This document shows, piece after piece, positions 54,199 through 64,000 of a stretch of 64,000 nucleotides of DNA (position 1 is the first letter of the stretch; every line of letters begins with the position of its first letter). The notes under the pieces are model-generated. The model was not told where the DNA came from and ran no database searches. It saw nothing but the letters and a program-made list of their open reading frames with translations. Both the position numbers and the translations under genes were made by a program. The stretch spans positions 51,026,001 to 51,090,000 of the forward strand of contig NC_043002.1 in the NCBI RefSeq assembly GCF_006345805.1, written 5' to 3'. This stretch comes from Octopus sinensis (Eukaryota).

Positions 54199-54255
54199 AT
54201 GAATATATTCGTAAATACATACGTACATACTTATTTATGCGCGATTATATTTATG

Positions 54256-54289
<34 letters not shown>

Positions 54290-54809
54290 TGTATGTATGT
54301 ACGTATGTATGTATGTATGTACGTATGTACTCAAGTGTATATCTACAACCTTCTTTCTATTTACTAAATGACTCGAATAAAACATGAGAGACTTGCATCT
54401 GCATTCATCATGAAAATGACTTAATTGTGCGTGTTTATATGTAGGCTCTTGGATATAGAAACGGCAACTGTCTACTTTTCGTTTCTCATCATCATCATCA
54501 TCATCATCATCGTCATCATTATCATCACCACCTTCTTCTTCTTCTTCTTCTTCTTCTTCTTCTTCTTCTTCTTCTTTCTTCTTCTTCTTCTTCTTCTTCT
54601 TCTTCTTCTTCTTCTACTCCTTCTATTTCTACTGCTTCTATTTCTACTTCTTCTACTTCTTCTTGTCATTATTCCTTTATTTTTCTTACTGAAAATATTA
54701 GTCGCATTCCTTCCCCTATTATTAATATGACGATTATTAATATTTATATTAATATCATCATCATCATGATCATCATCATCATCATCATTATTAATATTAT
54801 TATTATTAC

Positions 54810-54855
<46 letters not shown>

Positions 54856-54906
54856 GTTGTTGTTGTTGTTGTTGTTATATTATTATTATTATTATTATTA
54901 TTATTA

Positions 54907-54947
<41 letters not shown>

Positions 54948-55395
54948 GCGTTGTTATTTTTGCTGCTGTTGTTGTTTTTGTGGCAAGATTGTCTCGCGTC
55001 GACGTTTTTCTCATCGTGTATTGTCATCGTTGATGAGTTTAGTTTTTTTTTTCTTTTGTGTATGTGTGTGTCTATGTTTATGTTAGCTTGAGGTTTCTTG
55101 TTTGGTTTTTGCGTGTTTTTTGATTTTATATTTTTGCTTTCCTAGTTTAGGATTGTGTTGCATTCAATGAAATAATATATGGCTTTGATTAATGAAGGTT
55201 TGACAAGAACATTGGAAATTCTTTGTAATGACAGGTCTTAAGTATAATTAGCTTTAACACATTATATTTACGCGTGTATTGGTGTCTATGTATGTATGTG
55301 TATATACACATATACATGTATCCACACCTATTTATAATCCTTTGTATTTATACGAGTACATGTATATGTATAAATGCATATATCTCTTTCACTGC

Positions 55396-55433
<38 letters not shown>

Positions 55434-55802
55434 GTTTATGGTAGTATGTAGCATGCATGCCATGTGTGTAATAGTATGTTTGTATGTATATTCATTTATC
55501 TAACCATTTTGTCAGTTTTTCGAAGACAAACACATGTTCAATGCTATCAATGATGTGAAGTAAATACATTCATAGTCTATATATATATATATATATATAT
55601 AATAATATATATATATATATCTATAATATATATATATATATAATATATATAGATATATTATATATATTATATATATATAATATATATATATATGTAAGTG
55701 TTTTATATATGCTCACACACATAGAATGTGTCGTTACTAACTAAAGAAAACAAGTAATGAAAATGAATATATATATATATGTTATATATATAATATATAT
55801 AG

Positions 55803-55834
<32 letters not shown>

Positions 55835-56455
55835 TTGTATATATGTAGGTGGATATAAGATATACTACACACACACACCCACACACACCCACACACACAT
55901 ATATATATACATATATATATATATATAATATATACACATACGTACACACATGTATATGCACACATATTTACGTATATAATTACGATATTAACTTCTTAAA
56001 AAGATCGGAGATAATTGAGTTTGTAGTGTTGATATTTTTCCTTTTTTTTTCGTGCTCTTCAAGATTTGGGGTTCAAATCCTGCAACTTGAAATTCGTTTT
56101 TGTATATTATTATGAGGTTTTCCCCTTCAACCTACAGGCGTTTTGTCTCAATTGAAATCATCGTTACGCGATTAATCCAATCGCTGATAGACTCGTCGAT
56201 ATGAACATATACATACATACATACATACATACATACATACATACATACATACATACATACATACATACATACATACATTCATTTGGTATGCTAGCGCTCC
56301 AGCTAATGAATCGACCGAAGTATTCATTTTTGAAAGCCTCTTACCTATTTTGTCGTTTTGTGTGGAACCACTAAGTTGCGGGGACATCAAAACACCAATA
56401 GCTGAGGTCAAAAGGTGTTAGGCGAAAAACAAAGACAGAAAAACACTCATACATG

Positions 56456-56494
<39 letters not shown>

Positions 56495-56668
56495 AAAAAA
56501 GGAACCAAGAAGTGGACCGAAACGACGAATCGGAACGAACCTGATGCGGGGCGCTGTCAGACAATAAGGTGATAAAATAAAAATATATGCATACATACAA
56601 ACATATATGTACGTACCTACATCTACATGTATATATACATGCATATATAAATAATTATACTTGGTCTT

Positions 56669-56768
56669 NNNNNNNNNNNNNNNNNNNNNNNNNNNNNNNN
56701 NNNNNNNNNNNNNNNNNNNNNNNNNNNNNNNNNNNNNNNNNNNNNNNNNNNNNNNNNNNNNNNNNNNN
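56669..56768. other. Assembly gap (100 N)
   Basis: Run of exactly 100 N, a typical placeholder of unknown true size. Confidence 0.99.
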
Positions 56769-56876
56769 CAGATCGGCCATATACATGCATATATATATAT
56801 ATATATATATACTATATATATATGCATGTATATATCTATATATAGATATATAAATCTTTATGTATGTATGTATAAA

Positions 56877-56951
<75 letters not shown>

Positions 56952-56954
56952 GTG

Positions 56955-57290
56955 ATACACGATCCCTATTGATCGTTTTTTTTTTCTCCTCTTCTCCTTT
57001 TTTTCCCCTTTTTTCCCCTTTTTTCTTCTTTTTTCATTTCTCTTTTCTTTTGTTCCTTTTCCTTTTCTTTTTATTTATTTTTATTTTTTTATTTTTTATT
57101 TTATTTTTATTTATTTATTTTTGTTTTGTTCTTTTCTTCCCTTTTACGATCCCTCTTGATCGAAAACCTACGCCACCCCCCTTTTTTTTGTTTCTTTTGT
57201 TTTTTGTTTTTTTCATCCCCCAAAAGAAAAGCTCTACCTTGTAACTTGTCCCATCTGTGTGCAGCCCTGTGTGGCCAATAAAGAAACTTA
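56955..57290 (+). mobile_element. Probable LINE 3' UTR end inserted in a (TATC)n array
   Basis: T-rich tract, then TTGTCCC..AGCCC..TGTGG..AATAAAGAAA; (TATC)n on both sides. Confidence 0.5.
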
Positions 57291-57295
57291 GCTAG

Positions 57296-57386
<91 letters not shown>

Positions 57387-57389
<3 letters not shown>

Positions 57390-58380
57390 GGTGTTTAAGG
57401 TATTTTGAGGACATACCTTTTTGGGCCATTGCTGCATTTTTTGCTAACTCTGTATAATCTTTGTTTCAGAAAATAATAATGGCCCTCAGCTTACTCAAGA
57501 AATGAAGAGGCATGCTGTTATTGTGGTTATAAAGGCTGAGCATAGTGATTTAGAAATATCTCGAGTTTTAAAAGTTGCCAGATCTTTCGTCAACGAAGTT
57601 TGTGAGGAGCTACAGACTGAAGATGGAAACGTATTACCAGTTTCAAAGCATAAAAAAAGCATTCTAAACGCCCTGAAACCATCAGAACACCTGAATTTAT
57701 CCAGCAAGTTCAACAGACAATGGATTAGCATCCCAGAAAGTCCAAGACATCAATTACAAAAGATCTCCATGTGTCGGGAGGAACAATCAGAAATGTTGTC
57801 CACGAAGACATCTGATATAAGTCTATATGATGAGGAAAGGTCAATTTGTCCGAAAAACAAAAGAAAATCACTACATCAGATCTAAAGGATTTGATTTGTT
57901 TTTTTCTCAAACGAGAAAAACTTCGACTAAGATCAAAAATTTAACAGAACAAATGACAGATGGTTATGTGCTGACCCTTCTGAAGTTCCAAGTGTTATGC
58001 ATACAAAATTTCCTGCAACTGTCATGGTTTTAGATATTGTCAGTAATGAAGGGCATGTGATGTCTCCTTACTTCTTTCCACTAGGCCTTAGAGTTAACTT
58101 TGCCCTCGACATTGATGTCCTGGAAATAATCATTAAGCCCTGGGTTGGAAATATATGCAATAGAAGGCCATATGTGTTTCCGTAAGACTCTGCACTATCA
58201 CACATGGCTCTAGTAACACAGGAATGGATGGCTGAAAATTTTCATGATCACATAACTCCTAACATTTGGTCTCCAAATTCCCAGATCTCAATCCATTGGA
58301 CTATTGCACGTAGAACGTTGTTGAGAGAGACGTCAATGAACAAGCCCATAACGCCAAAGATTCTATGAAAGCTATGGATT
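57387..58380 (+). mobile_element. Tc1/mariner element, maT (DD37D)-like, disrupted and 3'-truncated
   Basis: TA|CAGGGTG start; MKRHAVIVVIKAEHSDLEISRVLKVARSFV; TKFPATVMVL.IVSNEGHVM.PYFF..LRVN; YVFP*DSALSH..TQEWM..WSPNS/DLNPLDY. Confidence 0.85.
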
Positions 58381-58559
58381 CAAAGGAAACTGAACAAAAG
58401 GAAAATTGCCATTTCAAGGCAAGTAATTAGGAAATCAATTTGACAAGATGAAAGATATAAATTGTTGACGTCATAAGAATTTATAAACTTTCGAGAGAAC
58501 GTGAATTCATTTTTTTTCCCTTAAGAATTCATCACGAAGCTCATGAAACTACGAATAAT

Positions 58560-58770
58560 CCTTTCTACTAAAGGCACAAGGCCTGAAATTTTGGGGGAGG
58601 AGACTAGTCGATTACATCAACCCCAGTGTTTCATTGGTACTTAATTTATCGATCCTGAAAGGATGAAAGGCAAAGTTGACCTCGGTGGATTTTGAACTCA
58701 GAACGTAAAGACGGACGAAATGTCGCGAAGCATTTTGCCCAGCATACTAATGATTCTGCCAGCTTGCAGC
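58560..58770 (-). mobile_element. SINE family A
   Basis: Near-consensus reverse complement. Confidence 0.88.
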
Positions 58771-59149
58771 TCAAGAAGCCATAAACATTAGCATGAAATA
58801 TTGAGTTGGAAAATCCTTTAGGATAGAAAGATCGAAAGCATTGTTCGACTTAGGGTTATAATAGAAGTTGCTTGCGCAATAATAATGTGCCTGTTACATA
58901 AGATGTGTGTCCCACGAGCGACCTTCCATTTTTTTTCTATCCAAAACAGTTTTTCAGTTCAATATTTACATGATATATTCATAACTTTATGTACTTCAAA
59001 ACACAATATTTCAAATTAGATATAAGTATCTAACAAGGACAATAATGGAATATATGAGCTCAAAGTAAAATGTAAAATGCCTCGGATTGGTTTTAATACA
59101 ATTCAACCTTATTTTGAAAACAGAAAATTATTACAATCAGAAAAGGAAG

Positions 59150-59530
59150 ATGGAGTATTTTTTAAAGAGTAATGCTAATTTGAAGTGCATTGTTTGGGTG
59201 ATATTGAAAATAAGAAAAGGACTATGGCTTTTGAGATGAAATGTTACAGAAAGGTGCTTCGCATTCCATCCACAGAACATTGAATTAATGAAAGTGTTAA
59301 GAAAGGAATCGTTGAGACAACAGCTGTGAACCTCGAAACACTTCTGTCGATTGTTAAAACGCAGGAAATGAAATGGCTTGGTCATCTAACAAGACAGCGT
59401 GAAACCCTAATGTAGCGTGTATAGCCATGCATGGACACACACTAGTAAAAGGTTTATGAGAAAACCAGAAAGGCAGTGATTGAACAACATCAGGAAGAGG
59501 AAAGCGAGATGATCGTGGAACACGTGTGCT
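59150..59530 (+). mobile_element. RTE-like LINE 3' remnant
   Basis: AFEMKCYRKVLRIP; RRK*/KWLGHLTR-like segment; decayed. Confidence 0.65.
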
Positions 59531-59965
59531 TAGATGTTAATTGATGTAGATGGTTGAGTTCCTGTTGTGTACCTTCAACTTTTCAACTTGTTTCTGCAAT
59601 TTGATTGATATCCATAAATAATTTTAAAAAAAAGTTTGTGGTTTGACAGATATGATACAATTATGTCTTTCTAATGTCTTTTTACACGCTGTGCTCAAAT
59701 AAAATTCATGGTCATTTGGCTTTCGATTATCTTGAGTTCGATGAGTAATCTTTCATATACAGGAGACTGCTAACTGCTAAATTGTTGAATCCTTGCAAAT
59801 AGGTGACGCCTTGTTCCAGCGTAAAAACCAACGACTATATTGGATACTATATGAGAATCAAATACATATATACTTTAAGATATGTTTGCATGCCTGTGTA
59901 TATATGATAATATGGTACAATTTAAATTGTTTGATAATTAGTATTTAGGACTCCATGTGTACTCC

Positions 59966-60114
59966 GGTGTGGTAAGAAGCTTACTTCCTAACCACAAGGT
60001 CCCAGGTACAGTTCCACTGCGTGGACCATTGGGCAAATGTCTTGTACTATAGCCTCGGGCCGACCAACGCTTTCTGAGTGGATTGGGTAGCCGGAAACTG
60101 AAAGAAACCCGTTG
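59966..60114 (+). mobile_element. SINE family B 5' half (tRNA head + CORE-like TTGGGCAA.TGTCTT)
   Basis: GTGTGGTAAGAAGCTTACTT..CCACTGCGTGG..TTGGGCAAATGTCTT.TACTATAGCCTCGGGCCGACCAA. Confidence 0.8.
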
Positions 60115-60157
60115 TATATATATATATATATATATACATATATATATACACATATAA

Positions 60158-60192
<35 letters not shown>

Positions 60193-60291
60193 TATACACA
60201 CACATTATTTACGTTATTATTTAATTGAACGCCACGCATCCATTTCCAAGTAAGTACATATTGTGTGTGCGTGTATATATATATACATATG

Positions 60292-60381
<90 letters not shown>

Positions 60382-60463
60382 GAGAAGAGGAGAGAGAGAT
60401 AGGTAGATAGATAGATAGATAGTAGATAGATAGATAGATAGATAGATTGCTAGATAAATAGAT

Positions 60464-60525
<62 letters not shown>

Positions 60526-60574
60526 TGTTAATCTTTAGTTGTGTTCGCATCATTGAACTTACAAGGCAGAGGTA

Positions 60575-60950
60575 ACAGCCATACGACCAAATGGGGAACC
60601 CAATTTGCGAAAGTATGTGGGAGCAGCTAAAAGTCCCTTCACAACCCGATATAACAACCACAGTTCCCCCTTCAACATCCCAGATAGATGTAACGCCACA
60701 ACCCTGGTGAAGCACGTTTGGTCATTGAAAGTAAGTGCCACCAAATACACCAGAAAGTGGACGAATTTAGAAAAAAGTAAACTGTACTTCAATAACAACA
60801 GGAAGTGCAGTTTATGCCTGGCTGAGGAAAGAGTGATTTTAAAGAGCACCCAACAGCCATACATTTGCCCGAATAGTAGAAGTGTAGTTTGTAATCCTTA
60901 CCCACATGAAACAAAGTACACCCTATCATACCTGCGCGCCCCATCATGAC
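60575..60950 (+). mobile_element. Penelope-like GIY-YIG fragment
   Basis: YKAEV..KYVGAAKSPFTTRYNNHSSPF..TTLVKHVWSLK..KW..KCSLCLAEE..NSRS...PHETKY. Confidence 0.85.
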
Positions 60951-61586
60951 CATAATCTCCAGTTCCTCAACTTCGGCACTCCAGCAATACCTGTGAATCC
61001 GGCAAAGAGTTTAACCTGAACATACACTAACGTACCCACAAACACACTCGCTTCAACACGGCTGACACCTACCCAGTAGACTCCACCCAATATAAACCCC
61101 TACACATATTGTCCCCTTACACACACCGTATAGACAAATTCCATTTCCACTAGAACACCAACCTTAAGGGCTCATGCATTTCCCACAAACTTTTCCAGAA
61201 AACTGTTACCGACTTCTAGTATAACCATCCCAGTGAGGTGTCTTGGTACCAAGGGACATAACCCTGAACTCAATACCCTACTCATGTCGTTTCATTATCT
61301 TTTTCACTGCAACCTCTTTTTAACAAATTTAAAAATACCTCTTTTCAACAAAGTTATGAGGAAACACAGGTCGGCTAACGCGAATTTTATTAAACACTTC
61401 TCCCCACTGACCCGAAGACTTTTCTTTTTCACAACAAATTCAGATAACATAATTGAAACCTACGACATCTTAAGTATATTTGAAGAAAATTCCACCAACA
61501 AATATTTATATATCTGAGATGTATACACACACACACACATATATATGTGTATGTGTGTGTATATGTGTGGGTATAACTATATATCA

Positions 61587-61628
<42 letters not shown>

Positions 61629-61984
61629 GTGTGTGTGTGTATATATATATATATATGTATGCGTGTGTGTATATATATACATACATACATATATATATAT
61701 ATATACTAGCAGTATCGCCCGGCGTTGCTCGGGTTGTAAGGGAAATAACTATATAAGCATTTTTAGAGAGTTATAGCCAAAAAGTAGCAAAAAAATGCAT
61801 TAAAAATTGAAAAAAAATTAAGGTAAATTTTTCTTTAAATCGTTGACCACATCGTAGATATTTTTAGAGAGTTACTTCCCTTATATAAAAGCGAAAAAAA
61901 TGCATTAAAATGGAAAAATATGATGGTAATTTTTTTTTAAATCGTAGACTCATCGTAGACGCGCGCTAATACCCAGGGGGCTCG

Positions 61985-62353
61985 TTTGTTATTCTGGGTA
62001 ACTTTCTGTAAAATTATTAAAATTTTGTTCAAACATCGCTATAGAAAATGAGTTATTAGCTAATATTCAATTGGGTATACAACAAAATTTTACGATAGAA
62101 TTTGTTATTCTGGGTAACTTTCTGTAAAATTATTAAAATTTTGTTCAAACAATCGCTATAGAAAATGTTATTAGCTAATTTCAATTGGGTATACAAAACA
62201 AAATTTTACGATAGAATTTGTTATTCTGGGTAACTTTCTGTAAAATTATTAAAATTTTGTCAAACATCGCTATAGAAATGGGTTATTAGCTAATATTCAA
62301 TGGGTATACAACAAAATTTTACAATAGAATTTGTTATTCTGGGTAACTTTCTG
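61985..62353. repeat. ~116-bp tandem repeat, 3 full copies plus one partial
   Basis: Units start TTTGTTATTCTGGGTAACTTTCTG at 61985, 62101, 62217, 62330. Confidence 0.95.
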
Positions 62354-62369
62354 ATACCCATAATAATAT

Positions 62370-62600
62370 TTATGGCAAATAGGCCTTAATTTCATTTAAG
62401 ATTGTGGGAAATAACAAACTAATCCTTTCTTTCGGTTTGTTTACGTTTAGCGTAATGATTTCAAATAGGCTCATTCGAAAAAGTAAATAGAAATAGTCTA
62501 AGGCTTTACTCTTCTGGGAAAGTCTGTGGCTTGGTCCAGTTTCTTCAGAAAACTCACCGAAAGAAACAGTTTTTAAATTTTCACTCCATTCAGGTACCAA
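62370..62600 (-). pseudogene. piggyBac transposase (PGBD-like) N-terminal core fragment inside the Helitron
   Basis: FSEETGP..SKALDYFYLLF..LFEII..N..PT.LNEIKAYL matches the start of the piggyBac DDE core domain. Confidence 0.75.
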
Positions 62601-63007
62601 TTCGTTTTCTTTATCGCTGTCGGATTCACTGTTTTCACTTTAATAGCTGCAAACTTGCAAGACAAGGAGGAGAAGGGTGATAGCGTCAATGAAACAATTC
62701 GCTCCCTTTGGTGTGTGTGTGCGTTTGCGTGTGGTGTAAACCAGACTAAGAAAAGCATTTGACACACACACCAGAATGTTAGTTTTCTGTAAATTTTGCT
62801 TAATTGGAGTTTAAATTTTAAAAACTGGACCTGGCATGACGCGATGCATTGTACTCTTAAAATTGCTAGGTAAATTGTAATTGAAGAAATCCTATATTGT
62901 AGATTTGTATAACTCCCAAAGGGAGGCAGATAAAATCTGCCTTTTATAATAAGAGATATATATATATATATATATATAATATATATATATATATACACGA
63001 ACATGCA

Positions 63008-63363
63008 TTCTTTTATTTGCTTCAGTCTTTTTGACTGCGGCCATGCTGGAGCACCGCCTTTAGTTGAACAAATCGACCCCTGGACTTATTCTCTGTAAGC
63101 TTAGTGCATATTCTATCGGTCGCTAAGTTACGGGGACGTAAACACACCAGCATCGGTTGTCAAGTGATCGTGGGAAGACAGACACACAAACATACACGCA
63201 CACATACATATACACATATACATATATATACGGCGAGCTTTTTTTCAGTTTCCGTGTACAAAATTCACTCACAAGGCTTTAGTAGGCCCGAGGTGCCATG
63301 CAATGTGACTGAACCAGGGACCATGAGGTTGGTTAGCAAGCTACTTACCGCACAGCCACGCCT
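63008..63363 (-). mobile_element. SINE family B, near full length with internal CA/TA tract
   Basis: Head CGTGGCTGTGCGGTAAGTAGCTTGCT..GGTTCAGTC; tail GGCGGTGCTCCAGCATGGCCGCAGTC. Confidence 0.85.
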
Positions 63364-63369
63364 ACGCCG

Positions 63370-63416
<47 letters not shown>

Positions 63417-63691
63417 TGTATGTGTGTGTGTGTGTGTTTCTTATAAAATTTATTGGCAGTAACTAGGTAATTATTTTTCATTGGTTTATAAAGGCACGTT
63501 CTCTTAACATAATTGCATTTTAACTTGTAGCGCTACGATTTGTATTTGTTACGTTCTAGGTTCATTCAAGTTGTATGTCTTGCCAGCACATTCTTTCCAC
63601 ATGCATGCCATATGTATACTTGCGCATCTACATTATAGAATATATGACGCAATGATATAAAACCAATGTAAAAAATACCGTATTCGTACTA

Positions 63692-63736
<45 letters not shown>

Positions 63737-64000
63737 TGTGTGTGTGTGTGTGTTCTAATAAAAAGTTAGATCTAAATTGAAAATTTAAACTGCATTTTGT
63801 ATGCATCGCTAATATTATGCCGGCAAAGCACGTTTACTACTAATGGCTACCTGGTGCCATCCACGGTAATTGCACAACCATCGCAGGATGTACGTTAATA
63901 ATTCCTCAGTGCACGCAGAGCATAGTAGAAACAATTTCTCTATCTTCCGTATCAATTGTTTCTACTTTTTATACACATACATGAATGAATTTGGGGTTGC

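Larger units (their letters stand above)
61706..62956 (-). mobile_element. Complete non-autonomous Helitron (1251 bp) with captured sequence
   Basis: Minus strand A|TCTCTTATTATAAAAG 5' end; hairpin CCCGAGCAACGCCGGG + CGATACTG-CTAG|T 3' end; last ~85 bp shared with the 51486 Helitron. Confidence 0.85.

Noticed and set aside
61985-62353. Regular repeats considered as a CRISPR-like array
   Set aside because: Head-to-tail near-identical units with no unique spacers, inside a eukaryotic Helitron.

Overview
AT-rich, microsatellite-saturated animal genomic DNA. The SINE types and repeat density suggest an octopus or other coleoid cephalopod (my inference). There is one 100-N scaffold gap. I find no intact host protein-coding gene, rRNA, tRNA gene or CRISPR array, and almost all ORFs in the supplied track are translations of (TA)n/(CA)n/(TTA)n/(TTC)n repeats. 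The window is mostly decayed transposons: a full-length mariner with TIRs, a maT-like Tc1/mariner, several Penelope-like (RT + GIY-YIG) fragments, three R4/Dong-type RLE retrotransposon fragments in TAA/GAA arrays, RTE and Tx1/L1 LINE remnants, a Helitron PIF1 helicase remnant, two complete non-autonomous Helitrons and many tRNA-derived SINEs. The most notable items are: (1) a decayed, apparently intronless CYP4-like cytochrome P450 fossil at ~2.83-3.67 kb; (2) several degenerate minimal hammerhead-ribozyme motifs, some tied to fold-back palindromes and Penelope junctions; (3) a Helitron carrying a piggyBac transposase fragment and a ~116-bp tandem array; (4) a SINE copy whose 3' tail matches a separate LINE-like 3' end; (5) a 91-bp insert with a perfect 21-bp target-site duplication. 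I see no evidence for a wholly new biological system. All family assignments come from motif recognition by eye and need database confirmation.
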